Positions 30,571 to 42,340 of a DNA stretch of 64,000 bases are shown here, piece by piece. Numbering within the stretch: position 1 is the stretch's first letter; each line of letters begins with the position of its first letter. Origin of the DNA: an uncultured Acidobacteriota bacterium. GTDB taxonomy: Bacteria > Acidobacteriota > Terriglobia > Terriglobales > Acidobacteriaceae. The stretch is from NCBI GenBank assembly GCA_963696765.1, contig CAVOLK010000005.1, forward strand, positions 252,851-316,850. Direction: 5' to 3'. The notes beneath the pieces are model-generated. The model saw nothing but the letters and a program-made list of their open reading frames with translations. It made no database searches and had not been told where the DNA came from. The translations under genes were made by a program, and so were the position numbers.

Positions 30571-32013
30571 ATGACGTCAGCAGCTCTCAGTCCGATGCCG
30601 GCGACCCCGCAAATCGAAGCCGCCAATTTTCTCAACCTGCTTATCGTGGACGATGAACGATCGATCCGCGAGGCCTGCCGCGAAGTCGCGCAGTCGTTAG
30701 GATACTCCGCCGCAGCGGCCGACTCGGCGGAGCAGGCCTATCGCATGCTGGACACGCAAACCTTTGACGCGGTCCTGCTCGATTTACGCTTGCCGGGCGC
30801 AGGCGGCCTGGATGCTCTGCGGCGCATCAAGGAACGCCGCCCGGAAGCTGTCGTCATCGTGGTCACCGGCTACGGCACGGTGCAGTCGGCGGTGCAGGCC
30901 ATGAAGAATGGCGCCTACGACTACGTTACCAAACCGTTTAGCCTCGACGAATTGAAAATGCTGCTGGAGCGCGTGGCCAGCCATCTGAAGCTGAAGTCGG
31001 AAAATCGGCTGCTGCGCGAGAAAGTGAAATCCAAGCAGGGGTTCGGCGGCATTGTGGGGCGTGCTCCAGAAATGGAGAAGCTTTATCGCATCATCGCGAA
31101 GGCCGCCAACAGCATTCATCCCGTGCTGATTCTGGGCGAGAGCGGCACGGGCAAGGAGATGGTGGCGCGTTCCATTCACTACTCTGGCCCCTTTCGCGAC
31201 AAGCCTTTCATTCCCGTGGATTGCGGATCGCTGGTCCCGACGCTGATCGAGAGCGAACTGTTCGGCTACGTCAAGGGCGCATTCACCGGCGCGAATCAAA
31301 CCAAAGATGGACTTCTCGCCATGGCGGAAGGGGGAACGGTTTTTCTCGACGAAGTGGGAGAGTTGCCGGTCGATCTGCAGGCCAAAATGTTGCGCGCCAT
31401 CCAGGAAAAAGAGATTCGTCCGGTCGGCAGTACGCGCCGCGTGCCCATCAATGTGCGGATTCTGGCGGCCACCAATCGCGACCTGGAGCACGCGGTGACG
31501 CAAGGTGAGTTTCGCCGCGATCTTTATTTCCGGCTCAATGTTTTGAGTCTGCGCATTCCTGCGTTGCGCGAGCGCCGCCAGGACATTCCATTGCTGATCG
31601 CGTTTTTTATGGAGCGCATGGTACGAGCTTCCGGTCAGGAAAAAACGCTCAGCGACGAGGCCCTTAAGGCGATGCTGGCCTACGACTGGCCGGGAAACGT
31701 GCGCGAACTGGAGAATTGTCTGGAGCGGACATACGCCTTCACCAGCGGGCCGCTGATTCACACGACGGACTTGCCGCGTGAGGTTGCCAATTTGCCCCTG
31801 CCGGAGATGGTCGATGGCAACGGAGGCGCCAACGGGCGCGGCAAAATCATTTCTATGGCGGAACTTGAAAGGAAAACAATTTTAAGCGCCATCACAGAAC
31901 TCAATGGCGACAAGTTGCAGGCCGCGCGGCTGCTGGGCATTGGAAAAACCACGCTCTATCGCAAACTCAAAGACTATGCTACCCACGAATATCAAGCGGG
32001 AGCCCGATTATGA
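30571..32013 (+). CDS. Sigma-54-dependent response regulator (NtrC/Fis family)
   Basis: 480-aa intact ORF: REC (LLIVDDERSIRE..DLRLPG), AAA+ (GESGTGKE, GAFTGA, VRILAATN, WPGNVRELEN), C-terminal HTH (AARLLGIGKTTLYRKLK). Confidence 0.9.
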   Translation: MTSAALSPMPATPQIEAANFLNLLIVDDERSIREACREVAQSLGYSAAAADSAEQAYRMLDTQTFDAVLLDLRLPGAGGLDALRRIKERRPEAVVIVVTGYGTVQSAVQAMKNGAYDYVTKPFSLDELKMLLERVASHLKLKSENRLLREKVKSKQGFGGIVGRAPEMEKLYRIIAKAANSIHPVLILGESGTGKEMVARSIHYSGPFRDKPFIPVDCGSLVPTLIESELFGYVKGAFTGANQTKDGLLAMAEGGTVFLDEVGELPVDLQAKMLRAIQEKEIRPVGSTRRVPINVRILAATNRDLEHAVTQGEFRRDLYFRLNVLSLRIPALRERRQDIPLLIAFFMERMVRASGQEKTLSDEALKAMLAYDWPGNVRELENCLERTYAFTSGPLIHTTDLPREVANLPLPEMVDGNGGANGRGKIISMAELERKTILSAITELNGDKLQAARLLGIGKTTLYRKLKDYATHEYQAGARL

Positions 32014-32098
32014 ACCTGGTGCTGGAACCCGAGTGCCGCAACGGGAACTTGCATTGCCATCGCTGGCCCTAAACACCCTGTTTTCAGTGGGCAAACCG

Positions 32099-32114
32099 TG
32101 GCCGCAGAGTTGCT
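32099..32114 (+). promoter_or_regulatory. Candidate sigma-54 promoter (-24/-12)
   Basis: TGGCCGcagagTTGCT with exact GG-N10-GC spacing. The TTGC ends 12 nt before ATG 32126, so the transcript would be nearly leaderless. Confidence 0.35.
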
Positions 32115-32125
32115 ATTGAAAGAGC

Positions 32126-32611
32126 ATGATTCTACTCATCACTTCGTCCTCTAAGGGCGCGCAGTGCGCAGAAGCCTTGCAAGCCGCTACTGGCATGGAA
32201 GCGCACTGGGCCCAGACGCTGCAGGAGGCTGCCACCCGCCTGCGCCAACAAACTTATTCCGCTGCCGTCATCGACCAGTTCCTGCTTGAGACCGAACCGG
32301 TCGAAAGCGATCAGATGATCGAACACTTGGGCACCGCTTTTCCTGTGTATCTCAACTTCGCGGTCACGGGAATGGAGCGACTGGTGCGCGAGGTTCGTTC
32401 GGCGCTGCATCGCCGCAAACGCGAGGAGGCTGCGGCGCGGCGCGCGGTCGAGGACCAGATGCGCAGCGACATGCGCGAGACTCTGACTGCCATGCTGCTG
32501 TCGTGCGAGTTGGCCATGTCGGTGCCGGATGTTCCCGACCCGGCGGTAGAAAAAATTCGCGCTATCGATAACCTTGCGCGCGAACTTCGCTATCGCCTGC
32601 AGGTGAATTGA
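32126..32611 (+). CDS. Receiver-like domain fused to a degenerate HisKA/DHp-like helix pair (hypothetical regulator)
   Basis: 161 aa. The N-terminal beta-alpha pattern (MILLITSS, AAVIDQFL, PVYLNF) lacks the acidic pocket. The C-terminal RSDMRETLTAMLLSCELA resembles an H-box with Asp in place of His. Confidence 0.45.
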   Translation: MILLITSSSKGAQCAEALQAATGMEAHWAQTLQEAATRLRQQTYSAAVIDQFLLETEPVESDQMIEHLGTAFPVYLNFAVTGMERLVREVRSALHRRKREEAAARRAVEDQMRSDMRETLTAMLLSCELAMSVPDVPDPAVEKIRAIDNLARELRYRLQVN

Positions 32612-33005
32612 GGGCTGCTGTTGTTGGGGAAGGGGGCGGGGGTGGGCGGTCGTCGCACGGGCTAAAGTCCAATTTATTTCATCGACCCGTACGCGGCGCT
32701 AAAGCGCCGCTCTTCCACAGAACTCTCCACGCACGCAACGCTAAAGCGCGCTCTACGAGAGCTGCAGTCCTTGCGCTTACTTCGCTTCGCCGCCACGAGG
32801 GTTTGGACGCCCTGCTTCCTTGATGCCGCCGGGCTGCGCCCTGGCGGGACAGCCGAGGCGGCTGTCTCTACCTGATTCCCGAGGCTGCTGCGTCTACGTG
32901 ATCCGATATCGGGACTCAGCTGGAGCCGCGACTGGCGTTCGCAAAATCTTGCGCAGTCTGCCTCTCCCACAAAATTCATTCCCACTCTTCTTCAATTCCA
33001 CTAAA

Positions 33006-34187
33006 ATGGATCGGCTCGGGCTCGCGGAATCCGTGTCCAGCGCGGTTTCCGCAATCTGTGGAGGTTTCGTGCACGTTCTGGTCACTACCGACTCGCTGCC
33101 GGGCGCGTGGTCTTACACGCGCGAACTGGTTACGGGACTGGTGACGCGCGGAGTGCGAGTCACGCTGGTCAGTTTTGGCGAGATTCCGCTCCCCGACCAG
33201 ACCGCGTGGATGGAGCACCTGCACGGCCTCGATTTCCGCCCGACCGCCTTCCATCTGGAATGGATGCAGGAAGCGGAACGGGATTTACATGAATCGTCGG
33301 CGTTTCTCGCCGCCTTGGTTCGCGAAGTCAGGCCCGATGTTCTGCACCTCAACCAGTTCTGCTACGGAAGCCTGCCGGTCGACGTTCCGCGCGTAGTGAT
33401 GGCTCACGGAGACTTGATTACCCGGACGCATGCGCTGCACAATCGCGCGCCGCGTCCCGAGGGATCGCTGAACTGGTATCGCACCACGGTCCTCAACGGC
33501 CTTGCCGGCGCAGACGCAGTCGTGGCCCCATCTGCGTGGATGCTCGATCGCATCTCTGCCTGTTACATGCGGCCACGACGGGCGCAAGTGATTTATCCGG
33601 GACGCAATCCTATTTTCTTCAATCCTTACGTGAGCAAAGACGATTGCGTGCTGGCGATCGGGCGCCTCGTGGACGTCAGCAAGCAGGTCTTCCTGCTCAC
33701 GCAGCATCCGTATTCCGTGCCGGTGTGCATTGTGGGCGCGGAACACACGGTGCCGGTGCCGCGCATTCCCATTCGCGCCGACGTGAAAGTGGATACCGAA
33801 CAGACCACGGTGGCGATTCGCGGCCCGCAAACGGAAGCGCAGTTGCGCGCGCTGTATAGCCGCGCCTCCATTTACGCCGCCACGGCGCGTTACGAACCGC
33901 TGGGCATCAGCGCTCTCGAAGCCGCGTTTTCGAGGTGCGCCATCGTCGCCAATGACATTCCAAGCTTCCGCGAAATCTGGGGCGATGCGGCTCTCTACTT
34001 CCGCACCAACGACTCCGCCAGCCTCGCCGAAAATATTCGGATGCTCAACGCAGACCGGTCCATGCGTCGCGCCTATGCCGAACTTGCCTACACTCGCGCC
34101 CGCGAACGTTTTACTACCAAGCGCATGATTGACGATTGCCTGCAGCTTTATCGCAGTCTGAGTTCCGTGCGGGTGGAAGCTGCGTAG
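33006..34187 (+). CDS. GT4-family glycosyltransferase
   Basis: C-terminal RYEPLGISALEAAFSRCAIVANDIPSFREIWGD (E-x7-E region). N-terminal VHVLVTTDSLPGAWSYTRELV. ATG 33006 or GTG 33069; upstream ORF text is repeat-derived. Confidence 0.8.
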   Translation: MDRLGLAESVSSAVSAICGGFVHVLVTTDSLPGAWSYTRELVTGLVTRGVRVTLVSFGEIPLPDQTAWMEHLHGLDFRPTAFHLEWMQEAERDLHESSAFLAALVREVRPDVLHLNQFCYGSLPVDVPRVVMAHGDLITRTHALHNRAPRPEGSLNWYRTTVLNGLAGADAVVAPSAWMLDRISACYMRPRRAQVIYPGRNPIFFNPYVSKDDCVLAIGRLVDVSKQVFLLTQHPYSVPVCIVGAEHTVPVPRIPIRADVKVDTEQTTVAIRGPQTEAQLRALYSRASIYAATARYEPLGISALEAAFSRCAIVANDIPSFREIWGDAALYFRTNDSASLAENIRMLNADRSMRRAYAELAYTRARERFTTKRMIDDCLQLYRSLSSVRVEAA

Positions 34188-34327
34188 CAGGCTGATAAAA
34201 AACTCTTTTTGCAGCAGAAGGCATTCCCCAGGCGCTAAAGCGCGGCTGATTTTTAGAGACCTAACGGCACGACTGAAGTCGTGCCCTTCCCAAAACCTGC
34301 GCGAAACGGAGTTTTTCAGCAGCCTGC
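34187..34327. repeat. MITE-like palindromic repeat (family 2 relative)
   Basis: Terminal IR gcaggctgataaaaaactc / gagtttttcagcagcctgc enclosing ggcgctaaagcgc and ggcacgactgaagtcgtgcc hairpins; starts at the glycosyltransferase stop codon. Confidence 0.7.
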
Positions 34328-34337
34328 TAAGTTCAAG

Positions 34338-34410
34338 GGCGCGCAAGCCCCGGGTCGCGCAAGCGCGGGTCGCGCAAGCCCGGGCCGCGCAAGTTCGGGC
34401 CGCGCGCAAG
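34338..34410. repeat. Five tandem 15-bp repeats (GGG[CT]CGCGCAAG[CT]NC)
   Basis: gggcgcgcaagcccc gggtcgcgcaagcgc gggtcgcgcaagccc gggccgcgcaagttc gggccgcgcgcaag. Confidence 0.85.
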
Positions 34411-34479
34411 ACAATCAACCTGCATTGGTGATATGGTTTTATCCTTACTAGAAACCCGTAAGGTTGGAGGATTAAATTC

Positions 34480-34716
34480 ATGGCTCAAGTTAAAATCACT
34501 GTCAGACCCAATGGCCCGTTCCGCGTCGAGGCCGCCGAAGGCTCTGTCGAGTTGGTTGATGCGAACGGTACTCCGTACGATCTCACCGGCAAACCCGCGT
34601 TCTCGCTGTGCCGCTGCGGCGGATCGGTTAACAAGCCTTTCTGTGACGGCACGCACAGCCGTATCGGATTCCAGGGCGCCGAGTTGGCCGTGAAAAAAGC
34701 GGACAGCAGTTCCTAA
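34480..34716 (+). CDS. CDGSH iron-sulfur domain protein
   Basis: 78 aa with CRCGGSVNKPFCDGTHS (CDGSH-type 2Fe-2S motif); GGAGG SD 8 nt upstream. Confidence 0.85.
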   Translation: MAQVKITVRPNGPFRVEAAEGSVELVDANGTPYDLTGKPAFSLCRCGGSVNKPFCDGTHSRIGFQGAELAVKKADSSS

Positions 34717-34928
34717 ACAATTTGTGAAGGGCGAGGCAGACGTCGGCACCGCCAGCTTGAAAAGGTGTTGTGGGAGGGCGCGGCTTTAGCCTTGCCGCCT
34801 GCGCGATTCATCACTCGGGCTTGTAGCCCCTGAGCGCCGCTTCTCGGGGCAAGACTTCCATCAGAGAGTTTACGGAGAAGATCGTGCACGAAAAACGGGA
34901 CCATGATTCGCAGGACCGGGAACTGGGA

Positions 34929-36872
34929 ATGCAGCGCAAGATTACGCGCCGTGATTTTCTTAACGGGGTTGCGATGACGGCGGGCGCTGCCATGATGCCG
35001 TGGGATCTGCTAGCCGCCAACGGTGGTGAAGGTCAGGCCGCGGTTGGTCCTGTGAACTCTCCCAACTATTATCCGCCAGCGCTCACCGGCATGCGCGGCA
35101 GCCATGCCGGCTCGTTCGAAACCGCGCACGGCCTGCGCGACGGAACGTTTTGGGATTCTGTCGGCCAGCCCGAAGACACGCATGAAACTTACGACCTGAT
35201 CATTGTCGGCGGGGGCATCAGCGGCCTTTCGGCGGCTCACTTTTATCGCAAGGCCAACGGCGGCAAGGCGCGCATCCTCATTCTCGATAATCATGACGAC
35301 TTCGGCGGCCACGCGAAGCGCAACGAATTTCGCGTGAACAACGCGTTCCGCCTGGGTTTCGGCGGCACCTTTTCCATCGAGAGCCCCGCTCCCTACAGTG
35401 CCGTCGCCAAGGGCGTGATCCAGGAATTGGGTATTGATGTCGCGTCCTATCGCAAATACTTCGAGAAGAATCTTTATCCTTCGGCTGGTCTTTACCCCAA
35501 AATATTTTTCAACAAAGAAACGTTCGGCGCCGACAAACTTGTATTCAATCCCAGCCCGCATAGCGGGGGCGAGAGCGAAGAAGAATCGCCTCACTCACCG
35601 GAGCGGCTTAAGAAATTTCTCGCGGAAGCTCCGCTCGCCGAGCAAGCTAAGATCGACCTGCAACGACTTTATAACGAGCCAAAGGATTATCTTCCCGGCT
35701 TAAGCTCGGACGAGAAGAAAGCGAAGTTGGCGCGCATCAGTTATGCAAGATTTCTGACTGAGATTGCCGGCGTGCATCCAGACATCGTCAAGATGTTCCA
35801 GGCGCTTCCGCATCCGCTGTTTGGAGTGGGCATCGACGCGGTATCGGCACAGGACGCGTGGGGACTGGACTGGCTCGGGTTTGACGGCATGAAGCTCGAT
35901 CCCACCCCTGGCAAGGGCATGAACCGCGACGCTATTCCCAACGAAGAAGCGGAGAAATATTTTTTCCATTTTCCCGATGGCAACGCGACGATTGCACGAC
36001 TGCTGGTTCGCCAACTGATTCCCGCTGCAATCCCCGGCAGTTCTTCGTCGGATGTTGTACTCGCCAAAGCCAACTACTCGAAGCTCGACGACGCGTCGTC
36101 ACCCGTGCGCATTCGCCTGAACAGCACGGCCGTTCGCGTGAAGCACCTGGGCGACGCCGCCTCTGCGAAGGAAGTGGAAGTCACCTACGCTCGCGGCGGC
36201 AAGGTTTATACCGCGAAAGCGAAGAACGCAATCCTTGCTTGCTGGCACGTTGTGATCCCGTATATTTGCGAAGAACTTCCAGACAAACAAAAACAGGCTC
36301 TGGCCTCCGCGCAGAAGGTTCCGCTGCTTTATACCAACGTGGCCCTGCGCAACTGGACTTCGTTTCAGAAAGTCGCCGCGAGTTCGATTTACTCGCCGGG
36401 CATGTATCACACCTCGGTGAACCTCGACCTGCCCGTAAGCATTGGCGGATACGAGTGCGCGCGCAAGCCGGAAGAGCCGATCGTCATCCACATGATGAAA
36501 GCGGCGTGCCATCCGGGCCGCCCTGCCCGCGAGCAGCACAGCATGGGTCGCATGGAACTCTATACCACGACATTCGAAACGATGGAGCGCAACATTCGCG
36601 ATCAACTGGCTCGGACGCTGGGTGCCGGGGGCTTCGATCCGGCGCGCGACATTGCGGCGATCACCGTCAATCGCTGGCCGCACGGTTACGCTTACGAGTA
36701 CAACTCGCTGTTCGATTCTTTCTGGCTGGAGGGCGGCGAGACTCCCTGCGAAGTGGCGCGACAACCGCACGGCCGCATTGCTATTGCGAACGCCGACGCC
36801 GGCGCTTACGCCTATACCGACGAGGCTATCAACCAGGCTTACCGCGCGGTGGGAGAAATCACGAAGGGTTGA
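34929..36872 (+). CDS. Tat-exported FAD/NAD(P)-binding oxidoreductase, spermidine dehydrogenase (SpdH)-like
   Basis: MQRKITRRDFLNGVAMTAGAAMMP twin-Arg leader; YDLIIVGGGISGLSAAHFY dinucleotide fold; ~650 aa. The SpdH likeness is from memory of that family. The ORF-track start is 34884 (GTG). Confidence 0.7.
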   Translation: MQRKITRRDFLNGVAMTAGAAMMPWDLLAANGGEGQAAVGPVNSPNYYPPALTGMRGSHAGSFETAHGLRDGTFWDSVGQPEDTHETYDLIIVGGGISGLSAAHFYRKANGGKARILILDNHDDFGGHAKRNEFRVNNAFRLGFGGTFSIESPAPYSAVAKGVIQELGIDVASYRKYFEKNLYPSAGLYPKIFFNKETFGADKLVFNPSPHSGGESEEESPHSPERLKKFLAEAPLAEQAKIDLQRLYNEPKDYLPGLSSDEKKAKLARISYARFLTEIAGVHPDIVKMFQALPHPLFGVGIDAVSAQDAWGLDWLGFDGMKLDPTPGKGMNRDAIPNEEAEKYFFHFPDGNATIARLLVRQLIPAAIPGSSSSDVVLAKANYSKLDDASSPVRIRLNSTAVRVKHLGDAASAKEVEVTYARGGKVYTAKAKNAILACWHVVIPYICEELPDKQKQALASAQKVPLLYTNVALRNWTSFQKVAASSIYSPGMYHTSVNLDLPVSIGGYECARKPEEPIVIHMMKAACHPGRPAREQHSMGRMELYTTTFETMERNIRDQLARTLGAGGFDPARDIAAITVNRWPHGYAYEYNSLFDSFWLEGGETPCEVARQPHGRIAIANADAGAYAYTDEAINQAYRAVGEITKG

Positions 36873-36974
36873 ACGGCGCGCTGGGAAATTGCGACAAAAG
36901 CTTTTAACCGCTGAGGCCGCTGAGAAGTGCCGCGGAGTTCGCTGAGAAACTCCGGTCAAAACAGGCCGCAGCGA

Positions 36975-38429
36975 CTAATCTTTCTGCCCATCCCCTAATT
37001 GCGCAGCCTTGTTGCGAGCCTCTTGCGCCTGCTGGGTCAGGCCCTTGGCCTGATAGGCGTCGGCCAGGGCATTTTCTAACTCGCGCATCGTCGCCGTTCT
37101 GTTTCTCTTTTGAGAAAGGATGCGATGGCGTCGTCGTACTGCTTCAACTGGCTTTGTGAAACTCCCATCCGGTAATTGACGCCTTCGCGCCTGCGGCTCC
37201 AGGCGCAGCGCGGTCTTGTACTGGTTGATGGCCGACTCGTGATCGTTCTGCTCGGCAAACGCCACGCCCAGCCCGGCATGCGCCGCCGAGTTGTTTGGCT
37301 CTGCCTCCACTACTTTCACAAATTGTTCCTGCGCTTCTTTCGGCTGCTCTTGGCGCAGGTACGCAGCAGCCCAGTTCCAGTCGAGCTCGGGTGTTATCCG
37401 GCTGCAGATCGATGACTCGTTTCAATTCGCTCGTGCCATCCTCAAAGTTTCCCTTGGCGAAGTAGGCGTGGGCGAGGGCGTAATGCGCGGACGCATCCTG
37501 CGGATTCTTCTGAACTTTCTTTTGTAAATCCCCGATCGCGCGGTCGAGATTCTTTTGCGTCTCGCTCCATGGAGCCGAAACGAATTCCGGACCCGCGCCA
37601 GCGATGCACGCCGAGCGCGCTGCCTGCAACAATCAAAATCATGAACAGGAGAACGCCCACTCGCTTTAGCGGCTGATCCTGTTGCGGGGCCAGCCGCGCA
37701 ATCAGCGCACCGACGATCAGTCCGCTGATCAATCCTCCCGCGTGGCAGGCATTGTCGATGCCCGAAATCATGCTGCCAAAGAGCACATTAAATCCGACGA
37801 AGAATAAAAGGCTGCGCAGCGTTCCCTGGATCGCAAATCGCGGCACAGAAAACTCGCCCAGATAGAACGACGCGATCAATGCTCCGGCTAATCCGAAGAT
37901 TGCGCCCGATGCGCCCACGCTCAACACGCCGGGATTCCATCCCACGCTCGCCAAGCCTGCCGCGATGCCGGTAACGAAATAGATGGCGGCATAGGTCCAG
38001 CGGCCGTAAAGCGATTCGCACAGCGCTCCCAGGTCCCAGAGGCACCACATGTTGAACGCGATGTGCATCAGGCCGCCGTGCAGGAACATGTAGGTCAGCA
38101 GCCGCCACCACTGGCCCGACAAAGTGAACGGCCCAAAGTTGGCGCCGAAATGCACCATCAGTTGGCCGGGGAAGTCGAACGAAAGCCCGCTGGTCGTGGC
38201 CATCGCGATCACCATCGCGATGAAGACCATCACGTTGGCGATCAGGAGAACGTTGGTAAGGCTGATGCTCGATTCGCTGCCGCGCCCAGGGAACGTTCAT
38301 GACGGGCTGGGGCGCGTCGTCGGCGAGTTCGCCGCGCTGCGCCGCTTCGTGCTGCTTACACCACGGGCAAATCTTCTTGCCAAAGGTCAGGCCAGAAAGT
38401 TGCCGCCCACATCGAATGCAGTTCGCCAT
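36975..38429 (-). pseudogene. Rhomboid-family intramembrane serine protease with N-terminal zinc ribbon and C-terminal TPR repeats; about six frame breaks
   Basis: MANCIRCGRQL..CPWCKQH (ORF 37788-38429); rhomboid core WRLLTYMFLHGGLMHIAFNM, GASGAIFGL, CHAGGLISG (ORF 37442-38233); TPR text spread over ORFs 37144-37632, 37076-37279 and 36975-37319. Confidence 0.75.
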
Positions 38430-38504
38430 GTCTTACAAAAGATTATCAGCAGTTGGGTGGTTGCGGGGCGGGAGGGAGCGATGGTGTCATGGTTGGCTGG
38501 TGAG

Positions 38505-38575
38505 AATTGATGATTGTTGATTTGTGATTGTTAATTGAAAAACTCTCGAGGCGCGACAGCAATCAGCAATTACCA
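38505..38575. repeat. Inverted heptamer arrays (GATTGTT-type / CAATCAG-type), weak right arm
   Basis: aattgatgattgttgatttgtgattgttaattg ... gcaatcagcaattacca, between the VWA stop (38615) and the rhomboid start (38429). Unit related to the array at 4085-4190. Confidence 0.6.
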
Positions 38576-38614
38576 CTCAGTATTCAAAAATCTGAACTCT
38601 GCAATCTAAAATCG

Positions 38615-39850
38615 TCAGTGAATGGTTTTGGTCTTGCGCGACATGTAATCCATCAGCAGATACTGCCCCAGCGTGTAGGGCGTGGTGAAGTAGGCCTTGC
38701 CGCGGCACATCTCGGTGACTTTCTGCACGAACTGCACCAGGCCGTAATCCGACGCGAGCATGAACGTGTTGATGAGCACGCCCGCGCGCTTGCACTTCGA
38801 AACTTCTTCCAGCGTCTGGCTGACGACCAGCGGATCGAGGCCGAAGGCATTTTTGTAGATGCGGCCATCTTCGAGCGTGAGCGCCGAGGGCTTGCCGTCG
38901 GTGATCATCACGATCTGCTTCATGTCTTTTCGCTGGCGCTGCAGAATCCGCTGCGCCATGCGCAGGCCTTCGCGCGTGTTGGTGTAGTACGGTCCAACTT
39001 TCACGCGCGCCAGCTGCGACAAGCGGAATCTCTTCCGCCGAATCGTGAAACAGCACCAGCGACAGCGAGTCGCCGGGATACTGCGTGCGGATCAGATGCG
39101 AGAGCGCCATGGCGACTTTTTTCGCCGGAGTGAAGCGGTCTTCGCCGTAGAGAATCATCGAGTGCGAGCAGTCGAGCATCAGCACCGTCGCGCACGATGA
39201 CTGGTACTCGCACTGATGCACCTGCAGATCGGAATATTCGATGTTCAGCGGCAGCGTGAGCCCCTCGCGCTGGATCGCGCTCGACAGCGTGGCAGTGATG
39301 TCGAGATTCGAGCGTGTCGCCGAACTCGTAGGTCTTCGACGAGCCGCTGGTTTCGATGCCGGTGGCCAGATCGCGCGTGTCGTGCCGTCCAAAGCTCGAT
39401 TTGCCCAGCGATCCCAGCAGATTGCGCAGCGACTTGAAGCCCAGGAAGTCGAGACTCTTGTCGGTGATTTCGAACTTGGCTTGCTGCGCCTCGCCGGTCT
39501 GTCCGCCGACGCTCGACTGCCGCGCGGGATCGTGCGGCTCATCGATGGAAATGTAATCTTCCTGCTGCATGCGCTCGATGAGCTTTTCGATCAGTTCGTC
39601 GAGTTGGCCATCTGCGCATCTGCTCGATCTGTTCGCGCAAATTCTCGTCGAACATTTCGCCATTCATCAGCGCCTGCTCGATGGCGCGCTTGAGTTCGTC
39701 GAGCGTCTGCTCGCCCTCGGGCAGCTCGTACCACATGGACTCCTGAAACCCGCTCTGCAGCAGGTAGTCCGAGAGCGCGCCGAGCAAGTCTTCCATGCTC
39801 ATTTCGCCGGCCGGGTCAGGGACGTATTTGGAATAGCGAATGCGTTTCAT
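38615..39850 (-). pseudogene. VWA domain protein (partner of the upstream ChlI-like ATPase), about three frame breaks
   Basis: MKRIRYSKYVPDP (ORF 39539-39850), middle in ORFs 39001-39663 and 38577-39542 ([15 protein letters not shown] DxSxS-like), C-terminus in ORF 38615-39022 ([11 protein letters not shown]). Confidence 0.75.
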
Positions 39851-39856
39851 GAAAAC

Positions 39857-39979
39857 AGCTTTCAGCTATCAGCTATTAGCTTTCAGTTAAGACGTTCTTG
39901 CCAAGTTCACGTTGTGGCGCCGGAGATCTGATCTAGTTCTGACTTGCTGACAGCTGACGAGCTGATAGCTGACAGCTAA

Positions 39980-39981
<2 letters not shown>
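39857..39981. repeat. Inverted heptamer arrays (CAGCTAT-type / AGCTGAC-type)
   Basis: agctttcagctatcagctattagctttcagtt (39857-39888) and tctgacttgctgacagctgacgagctgatagctgacagctaatt (39938-39981). They fill the ATPase-VWA intergenic gap. Confidence 0.85.
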
Positions 39982-41500
<1,519 letters not shown>

Positions 41501-41608
41501 ATAACAAACTTTCCCCGATTATACGCGCCGCGCGAGGCGAGCGTTTTCAACCGTACGTCAGCGATCCACGGCGCGCCTGGCAATTCGGATTGAGTACCGC
41601 ACTGCCGC

Positions 41609-42266
41609 TCATCGCGCGTGGCCGTTCCCGCCGGCCTTCTCGCGCGTCTTCGCCGCCTTTTGAAGGTTGGGAAGAATATTTTCCAGGTAAGCCGCGACGG
41701 CTTTGATGCGTTCGCTCTCCGACCGCATCGCTAGCAGTTTCTGCTTGAAATCCAGATCGAGCGGTAGCGAGCCCGCGAGGTAGAACGAAAGCGAAGTCTG
41801 GTCGGCGGCCGACAAATCCTGCACCGCTCCCGCCAGCGAAAGAATTTCCAGGTGTGCCTGAATCGCCCGCGCCTTGTCTTCTTCCGACGCAGCGCCGGGT
41901 TCATCCGGCACCAGCAGCACTTCCGCCTGCAGAAACGCGCGCTCGCGCTTCAGTTCGAGCACTTCGAAACGCTCACGGCCCTCCGCGACCAGGTCCAGCC
42001 GCCCGTCGGAATATTCCTTGGTTACACTGATAATCTCAGCCGTGCAGCCAACTTCCGCCACGCCATCTTCGAGGGCGCGCACCACGCCGAACGGAGCATT
42101 CGTTTGCCCGACACTCGCCGATCATCTCTTTGTATCGCGGCTCGAAGATATGCAGCGGCAGGGGAGTGCCGGGGAGAAGGACAACATCGAGCGGGAACAA
42201 GGGAAGCAGGGCCACGAACTCTCCACCGAGCGCAGAAGCGGCGCGGGTTTTCCGATTGTACGACAT
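41609..42266 (-). pseudogene. LON N-terminal (substrate-binding) domain protein, one frame break (~42100)
   Basis: [29 protein letters not shown] (ORF 42036-42293) continues as [21 protein letters not shown] (ORF 41609-42085). The span is 3n+1. Confidence 0.75.
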
Positions 42267-42340
42267 GACTAAGGGGCATGAGATGCGAGGCATGACCTTC
42301 GCGTCTTGACTTGCACCGGCGCAGCGAATACAACCCGAGC

